Shown here: one piece after another, positions 35,871 through 50,090 of the stretch
Position numbering within the stretch: position 1 is the stretch's first letter
How the letters are laid out: each line of letters opens with the position of its first letter
Assembly: GCA_013265495.1 (NCBI GenBank)
Contig: MU058781.1
Coordinates: forward strand, 8,413,009 to 8,477,008
Length of the DNA stretch: 64,000 nucleotides
From: Vicugna vicugna
Lineage: Eukaryota
Direction: 5' to 3'
Program-made: the position numbers and the translations under genes
Notes under the pieces: model-generated
What the model was told of the DNA's origin: nothing
What the model saw: only the letters and a program-made list of their open reading frames with translations
The model's database searches: none

Positions 35871-38800
35871 AATCCTTGTTCTGACCCCTCTGAATGTCAC
35901 CTCACAGTAATTTGCTCATAAGGCATCATTCATCACTGGGTCTCCCATCAGTCACCGTTTTTGCTGCTGGTAAGTGGCTTTGGTTGGGGAAGAGAGCATT
36001 TTTGTTGTCTTGTTACCTGGCTGGCTACGTTTACAAGGTGCAGGAAGGCATCCTGTGCTGTGGTACTCTGTGTTCTCCGCTATAAAGGGAGCCTGCGCGG
36101 TGAAGTCAGCTCACCCTGCCTCCTCCCAAAACAATCCACCTTTTCATTCTCCTGGTAACCATCTTCTTAATAGCTGCTGGTTCATCGAAATGAAAAATTT
36201 ATCTTGTGCTGCTTACGCAAAGGAAAGGCTCCTCACGTGTCAGATATTATTTTACCAATTATCCTGGTAACTTCTGTCCTTTTTATTTCTTCAAGCAAAG
36301 TTCAGAATTATTTGAGTCTCCATCACATTCAACTTCTTATGCCTTTTTATCATGATGAAGTAACACTACATTAAGCAAACTCTACAATTACTTGAAATGC
36401 TGCAACACTTTCAGTCACATATGTGTTTGTGTGTGTGTGTATTTATACCTGGACTTGATTTTTTTCCTTGACCAGTATAGACAAAGCCTTTAGTGAACAT
36501 TTAGGTTTCCCAAATAACCTTTTTTAATAGAAATCTCAGATTTTTTTTTAATTTAAACTTTGAAACATTTGTGTGAAGTAAGTGACTCTTGAGCACCGTA
36601 TCTTTTGGCAGAAGAGGAAGTTGGACCTGGCCGAGAATTCCCACTGGGGTGCAGTGGAGGAGGGGTGGGCACAGACAGCGTACCGATGGGGCAGTGGGGG
36701 TGGGTCTGGAAGAGTGGGGACAGGGATGTCTGCTTTATTGCCCTGTCCTTCTTGGGCCCTCGTTCTTTTTCTCTTCATGGCGTCGTTGTGTTGGGTAAGT
36801 TCATGATTATCCTGCATCCCAACTCATGGTTTATCCATACCGTCACACTTTACAAAGTATACACTTTCTTAATCTGGGATCCCCAGTGTGGGGTTATTAA
36901 TAACATTTTTGAAAACTGTAGTGCTTCAGAGGCTGTCTCAGCCTGTGTGAATTCCCATGGCTTTATTGCTTATGGAAGTTATTTGACAGTTTAATTGTGT
37001 GTGCTAATATTGCATGTCTTCCATCAAGTTAAAAGTTATTTTATTTTATTTATTTTACTTTAATTTCCTATCAACAATTTGATCATTGTTTAGCTTGTAA
37101 GCCTCTTGGAGATAAAAGTTACAGATCAGTGTCCCCATGGAGTCTTGTACACTGTAGGTCCACACCATATATTTATGATTTGATCTGGTGCTTTTAGGCA
37201 AAGAGGTTTTTAATATTAGCTACTCATGATTCATAACAAGTTCACTTTTTGTGAAATAAGCTTCACTCAAATCCTCGAGATGCCCAGTCCGTTGTGTAGT
37301 GGAGCTACACAGTCGATACCCTGGACAGATTAAAGATTTGTCCATTTCTTGGTTCATTCCTTCACAAACCAGAATATCTAGTATGATTCGTAGGGATTCC
37401 TCAAAAAAATATTGGTTTCTACCTCCAGCATAAGTCAAGTTGTGGGTCTGTTTCTCTTCACTCCTTTGCGTGTGAGTTCCTCACTGCAGTAGCCAAATCC
37501 AGAAGAAATTGCAGGAAAGCAGTGTGAGTGCTGGCCTTGCATTTCTGCACAACTTGTTTACATCCTCACCCAGAAGCAAGATCCTTGGAAGTGAAATGTT
37601 ATGCCAAAAGAATAAAACAAAACAAAAAGAACAGATAAAACACATCTTCTTTCTAAACCATTCAATTCAAGGCTTTAAAGTCTTAAGAAAAGTTGCAGGG
37701 TCCACCCAAAGGCCGCGGGAAGTCCCCTTGAGTCATGAATGGGTGTGGTTTAGGGCTGGAGGTGGTGTCAGGGTTTCTGGGCTTTCATTCTGATGCCAAG
37801 TTCCCTGAGGGCAGGCATCTCACCGAGGACCCAGCACAGCTTCCGCGCGTAACAGGTGCATGTTGTTGGTACTGAACTGCATTGGCCCTGCCACTCCTTG
37901 GGCCCTTGGACACATCACAGCCTTCCAAGGCTCAGGCTCCACCCAAGTTGGGGTGGGGCGTGGGGAGCGGGTCACAGTGAGTTGTTGCTTTTGTGTAAGA
38001 ATGAGTATATTTTCTCCTTTTTCTAAGTTGTACTTTTTTTTTTTTTTACGGATGCCATTAGCATCTAACCATTGATGTCTTTCTCTGTTTATGAAACGAT
38101 GGTACATCTTGCAATCAGTGGCTTCTCAGAGCCAAGGACTTTGTTCTCTCATCTGCTCTTGGAGGGAAATTGGGTACCAGGAAGATGGGTTCAAGTGTCC
38201 ATGCTACCACTTTCTGGCTGATGTTTCCTCATCTGTGACGTAGGAGTTCAGGGGAGATGAAGTGATCATTTTCAGCACAGCAGTCTGCCCTTCAGCAGAG
38301 GCTCAGTGCATGTTAACTATAATCATTTCACCAGAAGGTTACAGACTTACCCTTGAAAGCATGAGGAGCACCTGCTTGACATATACAGGGTTTGGGTAGC
38401 ACCATGGGCAGCGCTTAAGGTTGGAGGCATTGCTGGCCCCTGATATAAATATCTGCTTCTGTATTAGGAAGTGAAAAGTGAGATTTGTAATCCACCCTCT
38501 GGATTATTGCTGACAAGATAGACAATTCATATACTTAGAGGGAACCTAGAAAGTCAAAAGTAAAAACAAATCTTAACACCGAAAAGCAGCTTCAGAAAAT
38601 GTCACCATATTACTGCCTCTTTATAAAGAAATGCAGCCACCTTGGACCCAGAAGGTGATAGTTTTTAAAAATGTCTTCGTTGGGTAATACCAGGATGCAG
38701 TGTGATAAGTTAGATTAACGTATCAGATTAGCTGGTGGCTTGTCAGGGAAAATAGGTAGGTCCTCAGAGCACAGAGGAAAGAGGAACCTCCATGTCATCT

Positions 38801-38943
38801 TGTTGAAAGACATTCTGAAGGGGAGTAGGACCAGCCAGTGCCTGGTGTCCTGCAGCTTTTGACTGACTGGGGGAAGGGCACTGACTCTCTTGTGAGGCTT
38901 TTTTCCCAGGGGACAATTGAGCTAAGCAATACTGCGGGATTAG

Positions 38944-38945
<2 letters not shown>

Positions 38946-39008
<63 letters not shown>
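38946..39008. repeat. Compound (TG)n(AG)n microsatellite
   Basis: A perfect TG run directly followed by a perfect AG run. Confidence 0.97.
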
Positions 39009-39012
<4 letters not shown>

Positions 39013-40899
39013 GCACTCGGGCAGAGCTGGTAAGTCTTGCCATTTTGCTTTACATCTGACCAGCCAAGCCACGTGCTTGGCAGGTCTTGGGGACAGTTCA
39101 CCACTGCACCAGACGGAGACCCACAGCAGTCATCTGGGATGCTTGTTTTCCAGAATGTAATTTGCACTGATCTAGCCTCCGAGGGGAGGGGACAGGATGA
39201 AATAGAGAATTTACTTTTATATTATGTCATCTTCTGCAGAGACTGCTGTAGAGTCAGGAGTCAAAAATCTATAGGATTAGGCTGTTCAGCCATTTTGCCC
39301 ATGAGTTGGATTACAACACATTTGTTAATTGTAAGCAGTCACCAACTGGGGAACTCACTGTTGTTGCCAGTAAATTGGGTGTTTAAGTGACAGAGGAAAC
39401 TAGCGGAATTAAGCAACCTGGAGTTCCAGTCCCTGTACATGAGTTCTGGAAAAGACTTCCATGAGACCTCAAGTACCACCACCACATTTTGGAGATGAGC
39501 AAATGGAGGTCCAGAGAGGGGCAATGACTTGTCCAGGGTCACACAGCAAATTAAAGCCATTTCGAGGACTAGAAAACTGGCGATTCTTGATACTCTATCC
39601 TTAGGTCTTTCTACTCCACTTCCTGGGTGACACAGTGGATAGGATTTTACTCCAGTTTCCTGAGGGTTGGTATGAAAGCTTTTTCACTTGTCCAACCTCG
39701 CTCTCTTTTTCTGCATAGATTGCAGGTGGTAATTTTAGAAACTGAGCAAGGGATGCTGAAAAGCTAGTTCGTGTAGTAGGCTTTTTTTTTTTTTCTGGTT
39801 TGGTTGTCATGAGTGCTCTCCACGCTTAGCCTAGAAACATCCCCAGAGAAATGACCATCAGCTCTCCAGGGAGAGCTAGTGCAGGTGGAAGGCTCCCGTG
39901 CTCCCGTGCTTGCTGGTACGTTTCCTCCCATAAGTTACTGGCGTTGAGAATCAGTACAGGAAAGATCAGATGACTTGTTTTCTTTCATTGATACATGACA
40001 GAAAGTCATACAACTGTAACTCTGGTGCCTTGACATGTGCCAAGAGTAAGTTAAATGTGTTTGTCTTTATTTTTTTTAATGTTATGGAACATGTATATAT
40101 AAAGTTTATGTTTAATTTTTATAAATTTTATATAGCAGCAGTCAACATAAAGGTTGACATTCTAGGGACTATGTAAAAACTGACATCTCCTCAGGGAGAC
40201 ATGGCGGTACTAAAAAACTGTGGTTACTCTGACTTATTTTGTATGCTCTGTGGTGTGCTTGGTACAGTATCTAAAGGTGTTTCCTCGTTTTGAGTGAGAT
40301 AAAAGACAGGTGTGAAAGATGGGAGAAGGGTGGAGTATGGTTCTTGCCTCATCTGGGGAATTTTATATTCCTGAAGTCTATAATTAGGTGCTTCTGTTGA
40401 TTGTTTATTTATTAAAACAAAAGTGGGGAGAGTGCCACGGAGTGAAAAACATGCTATGGCAAACATCTGAGCTTCGTTTAAAAGCATGGGCTGCAAAGAA
40501 ATGTAAATTCATTGGTTTAATTGGAAGAGAGCATTTATGGAAATTGAATGATCCAGTAAAAACTAAAAGCCTGGCTTCTTTCATCTTCCGAGACCTGTTG
40601 CAGCGAACGCTGTTCTGAAAAGCCCTTCCCTGCAAAGTGGACTTTGCCACCTGATGTCTGGCCTTCTAGAGGTCAATAATTTTGGCCTCACTTGACTTGT
40701 ATTTACCAAGTGCTTTTTCGTGAGTGGGGGCGGGGGGAGGGGCTTTGAATGGTGCTGAAAACCTGTAAAGAAAAAGTACTCAGGTACACCAAAATTTTCT
40801 CATGTTTTAAGTAGTACCTCAATTTGATTTCAATAACTATTCTAGAGGAACTTTTATAAGAAGATGCACTTGAAAAATCTTGCATTCAGGTCTGTTCCC

Positions 40900-42030
40900 A
40901 TCCACCCTACCCTCCTACTCCCAGTAGTTTCTTGTGAATTCTTTCACCATTTGTGCAGATTCAAAAAATTAAAGAATTTTATCTTCCTTCTCTTCTTAGA
41001 AAAGATGACAATTGTGTCTCATTCTGCACCTCATTTTTAACTTTAACGATATACTTGAATGAGCCTTCCATGTCAGAACAGACAGCACCACCTTGTGATT
41101 TTTAGTGCTAAATAATATTCCATTGTATGGATGTATCAGAGTTATTAAACTAGTCTCCTGTGAATAATCTCATAGATTCTTTTAATCTTCTGCTGTTCCA
41201 AACAAAGTTGCACCAGGATCACCTTCACGCATGTGCAGCTGTAACTGCAGAGCAGTTTCCTACAGGGAGGATTGAATTTTTGGCCAGAGGACATGTTCAG
41301 ATGTACTTGGGATGCTGTTGAATTGCCCTTCCTAGGGATTGTTTCATTTTGACTCTTACCAACAACTCATGAGAGCTTCACCAACAGAATGGGGTATCGC
41401 ACTTTTGGATTTGTGCCGATCTGATGTGCAAACTATATCTCAGTATGGTTTCAATTTGCATGCCTTTTTAAAAGAGTATGAGATCAGACATCTTATTATA
41501 TGTTTAGATACCATTTGTATTTCTTCTTTGTTTAACTCTATGTTCTGTACTTGGCGTCCTCTTCTATTGGGTTGTTGGTCTTTTTCTTATTGATTTGTAG
41601 AGCGCTTTATAAATAGGGAGATTAATTAGCACTGAGTCCATGATGTCATCTCCAAATATTTTTCTCAGTTTATCTTTTTCTTTAGTCTTTGAGGTTTGTG
41701 TTTGCCACATACAGAAGTTAGTTTTTATAAAGCTTATTTTTTTCCCATTCTTTATTTTATGGCTTCCAGATTTGGAGTCACGAAAAGCATCCTCTGCTGT
41801 CCCCTTTCCAAACACACATACGAAACTGACGCTTTTTTTTTTTCTTGGCAGAATTTATGTAGACTTTTTTTTAAATTTCAATGTTTGCTCCTTTGGAGGT
41901 TTATCCTGCTCATCTATAAAGTACAGATTCAACTTTATTTGTTCCAGATATTACTCAGTCGCCCCAACCCCTCTGTTAAGAAGCCCACCTTTATACCCAC
42001 TAAAATGCCACATTATAAAATAAACATTTT
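40900..42030 (-). mobile_element. Old L1M fragment (antisense)
   Basis: Degenerate L1 motifs AATATTCCATTGTATGGATGTA, TATCTCAGTATGGTTTCAATTTGCAT and TTCTTATTGATTTGTAGAGCGCTTTATA. Confidence 0.65.
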
Positions 42031-42371
42031 GTAAATGAAAAGTAGCCACTCTTCCTTTGTGAAACAAGAAACCATGGGTCAACATTTCTGGGGAGAAAAA
42101 TGGTAAGGTCTTTCTATTTTAACTTCAGATAGCTCTTCGTTTTCTCCGCCAAGGGTAACATTTACACACAAGTGAATGAATGAAGTTAACTGAACCCATC
42201 TGTTCCTCTCTAGAGGAATGATAAAATTTTATCTCTTGGCATAAATCTCAAGATTTATCGTAAGACAATGTCTTGTTTCACTCAAAGTGAGTTTTCCCTT
42301 TATCGCAAAGCCTGAAACAAAATAGAAACATTTCTTGGTACTCGGGGAACACACAATTTGTGAGCCCTTAG

Positions 42372-42550
42372 AACAGGGATCCCCAAAGTGTGGTCCCCAC
42401 ACCAGCAGCCTCAGCATCACCTGGGAACTTGTCGGAAATGCAAATCCCCATCCTTGACCTGCAGAATCACAGACCCTGTGTGGCAGGAACCCACGGTCTG
42501 CATTTAATGAGCCTTCCAGGTGATTCTGAGCATGCTCAAGTTTGAGACCC
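42372..42550. mobile_element. MER5A (hAT-Charlie)
   Basis: CAAAGTGTGGTCCCCACACCAGCAGCCTCAGCATCACCTGGGAACTTGTCGGAAATGCAAAT...TCCAGGTGATTCTGAGCATGCTCAAGTTTGAGACCC. Confidence 0.9.
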
Positions 42551-45317
42551 ATGGCCTTAGAGGTTATATTTAATCTCTTAATGGAAAATTGGAATCTTAT
42601 AGCTCTGCCTTTTAGGTGGATCGGTTTGGTCCTTTCCTTCTTGACACGGGAAAATGGAAAGACTGGCAGGAAACGACAATACCTGTTCTTTGATGGTGGT
42701 ATTCTTCGAGCAGAAAGCTTCTCTGGGTTTTTCCAGAAGCCACAAAGATATACCACTTGTGCTTTGGACGAGTACATCTTACATCCAAAATTCTGCCGAT
42801 AGGGTCAGTGCTTCCCTTTGTCGTGGAATAAAAAAACCAGCAAAACTGGTTTCTATAATACGCTAAAAGTTTTGTAGCATCGGAGATTTGTCTTCCTCCT
42901 ACAAAAGCATTATTGTTCCTTCTTGTCTGTTGCCCCTCTGCCTTTAAAAATAATTTGGTATCAGAACAGAATACACATTTACCTCTGAGGAGTGTTAGCC
43001 ACACCATCATCACGCTTGTATTTGGCAGGTTAAGGCAGACTTCCCATAAGCGGCAGTACCTTCGGAGCCTAATTGCCAGCCAGGGTTTCCCTTACAACAG
43101 TGGTTCTGAAACTCTGCTAGGCATTAGAATCAGTTGGGTAGCTTTTAAACATCCTGCCACCTGGACCACACAAATATACCTAATCAGTATCTCAGGGGTG
43201 GGACCCAGCCATCAGAAGTTTTTAAATGTCCCAGTCGATTGTAGTGTATATCCAAGTTTGAGAACCAGGACTTGTGCACTTATTTTGAAGTGATTTTGAT
43301 TATCACAACAAGGACTGTAACAGGGACCAAATATCACATGTAAGACAGTGGTCCTGAAAATACCCAATATAGTCAGAACAGGAAATCTGTAGTTGAGATA
43401 GCAACTTGCTTGAAGCTTAAATCACTTTCTTTCTGCTTTTTTCAAAAGCTGAGTCATCAGCTTTTGAAGACCCCAGGTTGCAGCATGTGTTTCTCTCCAA
43501 ATCCCCTGGATTTCTTGGTAATAGTCTTGCTGATCTCGTTGGCTGCAGGGAAAGTGACAAAGTGCTGGGCGGGTCGGGATTGGCTTTTTTCTCTTTGGCT
43601 CTGCTTTGACGCCTTAAGCAGGTGGCTTCCAACCCTCCTGGGAAACTTTGACCTCCAGAAGCTTCTGTTGTCCGAGAGCCCCTGGGAAGGCTGTGGTCCT
43701 TCTTAGACCTTTTCCCACCTTTGGCCCATCAGATATTGCTTTGTCCACAGCAGGAGTCGATGATCCCTCCTAAAAATCCATGATTTTATTAATTGACCCC
43801 ACTGCACAAGTTCCCTGTAGAGAGTCACAGTTGGCTAAAAGGGAAGGTAAGGACTGAGTACAAAACTTCCTGCACACCCTGCTTACCCTGAAGACAGGGT
43901 ACTGTTCATAATAAAGTGAGCATTCTTTCCCACCAGTCCTGGGGCAAGGGTGTGTCCCAATTGCTTTGACAAGGGTGCCATTTGGTCATAAACAGTGTGA
44001 TGATAGGGTGGGGACAGAAGGAAATCCTCTCATCCCTTTTACAGCTCCAGACAACTCCAGAACCAAACCCTTAGGAACCGAGGGAAAGAGCTCAAGAAAC
44101 GATCCAGTGGCTGAGGCTACAGACACACACACCCACACCCACCCCTTAGCCATCCTCAGGTTTAACAGTTGAAGGAGCTGGGGAAAGAGCCAGCTTGTGT
44201 GTTTGGCTATGAACTGAGACTCAAATCAAGAGACTTTAGGTGCTTAAATTTCTATGATGGTTTTTGATGTCTGTGTTCTTCGTATTATATTATTCATAAC
44301 TAATCTAGTCAGAATTTCTGGTGAATTTAGCACTTGCCAGGTTCTCGTCAGTCCTGTCTGACGCAAGGAATCTTGTTCAGAAAGAAGTGAGATGTATCAG
44401 TAGATGAGGCTTCAGAGATGCTCACAGGCACTGAGGCTCTGCAAAGTATCCCAGGGATTTTTCTATTGCTGTATCCACTATGTACAGATGAGGAAACTGA
44501 GGCCCAGAAAGCTCTGGAACTTGGCCAACAGGCCTTGCCATCCTCCACGGTCTCAAAGTTTTAAAAAAGATTTTTTGAAGTTATATTTTGCAAACTGACC
44601 AAAAAATTATATACTAATATGGTGGAAATAACACTCAGAATAATGTATGTGTTCTTGTACCTTCTTATTTTAGTCACCTTTCTATACAACTCTGAGATCA
44701 TCATCGAGAGAGTTCTAAATTGGAGTGTGATTCAAATAGTCCACTTTTCCTCCCTGTCTACACACACACACACATATACACACACACGTCTTTCAGTGAG
44801 CAAATGCAATGAGTGAGTACAAATAGAGATTTTTGAAAAATTGGCAGTCCATTAGTTGAAAAAAGTACCAAAATAATTAAAGGATTCATTAATCATATGT
44901 TTAATATAACTGTCAGTGTCTTTGGATTGGTTCATTTTATTCTGTAAAACTCTAACATCTGTAAATTTTAACTGATGTATAGAGATCGGGAAGTTTTATC
45001 CATCACACAGATAAGTATTTGTTATTATTTTTAATAAGCAGGTATTTATTTTGCATTTATAATATGTAATTGTAAAAAGAAAGTTAACACAGGAATTCTA
45101 GATGAATTCCCAGGTAAGACCTCAGGCGGAGCTCTCTGGCATGCACTTGGGGTCACCTAATCAGGAAAAGCAATGCCTTTCAGGTTTGTGAACTCACTTG
45201 GCCACAGGTGAGGTTTTCAGGTTGAGAAGCAGGGGGAGGATGTGATGTAGGTACGGCTTCAGAGATGCAGAGAGTGTTTGTACTTCGTGCACCCCCTTTG
45301 CCAACTGGATATAAGTT

Positions 45318-45414
45318 CAGTCATCTCTCAGTATCCGCAGAAGGTTGGGTCTAGGACCCTCTCCGGATACCAAATTCAGCAGACGCGGACCCCACTGAGA
45401 CGGAGGGCTGACTG
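45318..45414. mobile_element. Internally deleted MER2/Tigger-type (Tc1/mariner) element
   Basis: Terminal inverted repeats CAGTCATCTCTCAGTATCCG ... CTGAGACGGAGGGCTGACTG followed by TA. Internal GGATACCAAATTC. Confidence 0.7.
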
Positions 45415-45487
45415 TACATAGGCTGGGGGAGAAACTGTTCTCCAAATTGTCGGGTTCAACTGGAGCAATTTTTGAGACCTCTCTTTT

Positions 45488-45773
45488 ATATATATATTTT
45501 TTGGAAGTATAGTCAGTTTACAATGTTGTGTCAATTTCTAGTGTATAGCATACGTCAGTCATATAGGAACGTGCATATATCAATTTTCATATTCTTTTCC
45601 ACTGTAAGTTACTACAAGATATTGACTATAGTTCCCTGTGCTGTATAGTATAAACTTGTTGTTTATCTGTTTTATATATAGTAGTTAGTATCTGCCAATC
45701 TGCAACTCCCACTGTATCCCTTCCCACCCCCTTCCCCGCCCTGGTAACCATAAGTTTGTTTTCTATGTCTGAG
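45488..45773 (-). mobile_element. Lineage-type L1 3' end, 5'-truncated, with target-site duplication
   Basis: GAAGTATAGTCAGTTTACAATGTTGTGTCAATTTC...ATAGTTCCCTGTGCTGTA...GGTAACCATAAGTTTGTTTTCTATGTCTG. Flanked by TGAGACCTCTCTTTT (45473-45487) and TGAGATCTCCCTTTA (45774-45788). Confidence 0.9.
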
Positions 45774-47169
45774 TGAGATCTCCCTTTAGTCTCCCAATTA
45801 ACATAACATCTATTGAGGTAACATCCATTGTCTAGAATTGTTACAAGGCATATAGGCTAGACGTAGTGAGGAGATAAATAGGTTAGAAAAACACCCACTT
45901 GTTTAAAAGGAGACAGGCTATCAGAGTGATCACCTGGCTGTACCAGTCACTGTTGCCCCCGACAGAGCCTGATTTCTTCCACCTGGGCCGGTCCTCGGTA
46001 AACTTTATAGTCTGTTATTGATTTTCGTCATTAATAAAGGTTAGCATTATCATCATCGCTCTCCTGTACAACACACTAGCATTTTTTTCAAAAGCCATTT
46101 AGATAAAAAACACTTTTCTTTGTCTCCACATTCTTCAAATTCAGTATTAGCAAGTTTGCACATTTTTAAGGGCTATTGTATCACCACTATTCCATCCCAC
46201 ATTTTTTTAATAGCATTTAGTCCTTGTATGTTTTCAAGATCTTTTTTTATGTGCATTTGGAAAATGAATGCAATTTCATATGTATTTATTACCCATCACT
46301 GCTGTAGCCCTGTTTGATTTTTCTTCTGTGCCTCAAGAGGTAGAGGCTCATTATGAAGTAGAAAAACACTAAGACCTTGGTCAGAACCTTTATGGGGAAA
46401 ATGAGAGGCTTCTAGGTCATGATCTCTATCAAAATGTTTGCACATTAGTATAACAGGGAGTGAAAGTCCAATTCATGTGTCAGAAGCTGGGGACTCAAAG
46501 CTGCAGAAAGTGAGTGGAGGAATTGACTCCTTTCAAATGCTACTATTTTTTCTGTGTTGATGGCTGTGTTGTTTTGCCCTGTAGGTATAAGATTCTGTCT
46601 TTTAAATTCTAGGAAATATCTCAAAAATAAGTAGGCCTGTTGGTAAAACTCTGTCATTATGGAGGGGGTAAACTTGCGTTTTTATGTGTGGGTACTGCAT
46701 TTTAAATAATCTGTTCCCCAGAAACATAAAGCTCCTTTTGAAGTTATTGGGAAAAAAACAATGAGAGTAACATGGGCTCTTCCATCATCTGCTCCCGCCT
46801 CCCTGTCTGGGTGTTTTAGAGCTGTTCTCCCATCTCAAAAGTTGCCTAATCCTATATTCACTTTGTTGGGGATTGTATGAATTGGGATCTGTGTTAAATA
46901 TTCCACAGTTGTTCGCTCGCTAGTGATCCAGCCAGGAAGAGCATGGGTAAGATGAAGAATTTGTAGGGATCATCTGAAGAGACTCATTAATCCCAGGGTA
47001 ACCTATGAAAACCAAGGCCTGCTTATACCATTAGATGAAGAGCATACTGACTTCCTCCACCCCTCACCTGTTTTTGGTCTTACATAGAAGACAAATACCA
47101 TTCTGACTTGCTTTTTTTTCTCTTACTGCATAAAGTCAAAAATGGACCTTGCCTAAAATACTGCAGCTG

Positions 47170-48355
47170 CACGATGCTCTCTAATGTGGGTGTATGATAC
47201 AGTTTATTTAACCATTCCCCAGTTAATGGACAGTGGACATTTAGGGTTGGTTGGTTTGTTTAACTTCCGCCTGTTATATATAATACTGTAACAAAATCCT
47301 TGACCCACATAAGTCTCTGTATTCCCGTTGGATTTTGAAAGATATTTTTGCTGGGTATGGAATTCTGGTTTGACAGTTTCATTTCTTTTCAATGCTTTGA
47401 AAGATGTTGCTCTACTATCTTCTGTCTACATTCTTACCAATCCCATCATTTTTTTTCTGTTTGTAACATAACTTTTTTCACCCCTCTGGCTGCTTTCAAG
47501 ATGTTCTCTCTTTGTCACTAATTTGGAGCAATTTGATTGTGATTTGCCTTGGTCTAGATTTCTTTATGTTTCTTGTGTTTGGGACTTATTGAACTTCTTG
47601 AATCTGTAGGTTTGTATCATTCGTGTCTCTACTTAACTTTTTTGAACATACGGAGTAGAGTTCCATTAACTTTTATCTGTATCTTTGTCTACTAATTCTA
47701 ACATTTGTCTTGGTTTGAGGTCAGTTTCTGTTGATTGATTTTTCTCCTGAATATGGATGGGACTTTCACGCTTCCTTGGAAGGCTGGTAACCTCCGGATG
47801 GATGATAGTCCTCACTGGGTACTAGATGTTTTTGTATCTCTAAGTATTCTTGAGTTTTGTTCTGAGATGCACTTAAGTATCTTAGAAACAGTTTGATCTT
47901 TCAGATTTTGCTTTGCTGGGTGGGGCCAGAGCAGTGTATATTCAAAGGCTAATTTTGCCTCAATCAGAGCGTGAGAGAACACCCTCTGAGTATTTTAGCC
48001 TGTGCCTCATGAATTATGGTGGTTTGGGGTTTTTTCCCAGTCTGAGAACAATTGTAGGAACAATGTGCCTTTGGTTTCAGGCCCTGTGGAAGCTCTAGTC
48101 ACTTTCTATTGCTTTCAGGTGTTCATTTTTTCCAGGCCCGGGGTACTTTCTTCACATGCATGCACTAATCAAGAGTCTACTGAATCCAAGGGACCTTCTG
48201 CAGATTTCCAAGACTATCTGAACACTTCCTTCCTTTCTGGTTCTCTGTGCAAATTCTAGCTCTCTTGATCTCCCCAGCAACATCTTTTCTCAACTCGGAG
48301 TTTATCAACTACCACCTGGGTTCCTCCTTACTGTACTGCAGCCTGGAAACTCCCA
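47170..48355 (-). mobile_element. Old L1M fragment(s), antisense
   Basis: TTTTGCTGGGTATGGAATTCTGG...GCAATTTGATTGTGATTTGCCTTGGT...GAACTTCTTGAATCTGTAGGTT resembles L1 ORF1-region remnants. Confidence 0.65.
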
Positions 48356-49237
48356 GCCCTCAAATACAGGAATTGAGTTTGCCACTAAATAAAAGTTGAG
48401 TGAACAGGAGAGCAGCACTCTTTGGCCTTCCAGTCAGTTGTATGAGTATTAGATATTCCTGACATGAGACTAGCTGATGTCAGCTTTTGGTTCTTTGTAT
48501 TTCTTAAAGTAATATTTTACTATTTTAAGAGAGTTCTTCAATTCTTAAATCTTCCAAAACTATTCTTGAAGTCCATGTATTGTAATCCTGCACCAGGAGA
48601 TAGTTTGTAAAACTATGTCCTACAGAGCCAAGTGCCCTGTCCTTTGGAGCCTGAGGGATACTTAAACACATGCTCTTTTTCTAGGATTTAAGGTCCTAGC
48701 GCCATGCTGCAAGCCATTGTAGCACTTATGTTCCAAAGTAAGCTTCTGTGAACTCACCAGTTCAGATTCAGAACAACTACACTACCCTCATGTGTTAACA
48801 GTAGCTCAGTGGGAAAAAGTTTGCTGACAGGTTTTTTTGGTACCAGTAATGAAGCAATTGAATTACTACTCTAAAATTGATCTGTTAAACCCATAGTATG
48901 AATTTGTTTATAGCTCCTTATTGCACCTATAAACTGTCTTTCTAGCTATGAATGGCTGAGGACATCAAAAGGAGTATCTTCCTGTGGTTAATTAGCATTG
49001 TTTTCCATGGATGGGATGAGGTCCAGCTATTCAAGTGGGTAGCTCAAATTTGCTTGTATTTTTAGTACTTGTTTCTGGTCCTCACATGTAACACAAAGAT
49101 GACAGAGATGTAATTCCATTACCCCAAAAGATGATTGGCTTTCTCACCTCATAAAATTTTACTATTTGGCATGAGCAAGATAGATATCCATTTATAAAAC
49201 ATAATTAAAATTGCAGAAAGATAATGATTTACCCCGT

Positions 49238-49452
49238 AAGTCCACAAACAGTGGCCTAAGGGCCAAATCTGGTCCACTGCCTGTTTTATAAATAAAGTTT
49301 TATTGGAATACAGTCAAGCTCATTCATTTATTTGTTCTGGCTGCTTTCCTGCTACAGTAGCCGTGTGGCGTAGCTACAACAGAGCTGTGTCCCACAAGGT
49401 CTGAAATATTTACTACCCGGTCTTTTACAGGAAATGTTTGTCAACTTCCTGG
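49238..49452. mobile_element. MER58A (hAT-Charlie)
   Basis: GGGCCAAATCTGGTCCACTGCCTGTTTT...AATAAAGTTTTATTGGAATACAG...AAATATTTACTA...TTTACAGGAAATGTTTGTCAAC. Confidence 0.85.
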
Positions 49453-50090
49453 TTTATTCCATTGATGTTGAGGTGAGATAAAATCGTAAAACAAAAAACT
49501 AGAAATTGGAAAGGGAAGTAGAGATAAACTAAACAGTCTTCCAGTGGGAGATTCAAGTACACCACTGCAGGGAGACATCTGAGCAGCAGAGTGAGAGCAG
49601 AAGCTTCTGAACTGCCCGTCACGGAATATATTTTAAATACTTTTGCCAACCTCCAAATTGGAAATTCAGATGTCTGGAGAGAAGAATTCTTAAATTCCAT
49701 TTTATGGGCAATAACTACATGTTTAAAGGCTAGCAATCATTTAAATTAAAGAAGAACACATTATGAATTTGGTAATATGAATAAATGTAAAACTGTCTTT
49801 TCAGTTAGCAATTTAATTGCACAGTTTTCCCTGTCATTTATTTTTCTGTAAAAGCATATAGAATTCAGACTTCGAAGGGAATAATAAAGTGTAAGCATTG
49901 TATGGGGGATTGAAAACCTTTTGCCCACTGTAATTTAGAGACCTCTATGACTCACAGATATAAAAGCTCATCATAGAGTTTCATATTATTAAAAGTATTA
50001 GTCATTTTCTCTTATTTCATCTGAGTAACATTAGGTCTGTGTAACTTATTAATCAGGCTTTTCTCTTAAGCTTCCTAACCATTTACTCTG

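Noticed and set aside
35583..35910. ORFs with L1 ORF2 C-terminal-like words (TPMFIAALFTIAQRWK)
   Set aside because: These are degraded L1 remnants, not an intact retrotransposon ORF.
37728..37734. Scattered AP-1 TGA(G/C)TCA motifs, here and elsewhere
   Set aside because: 7-mers occur by chance several times in 64 kb, and I saw no convincing cluster.
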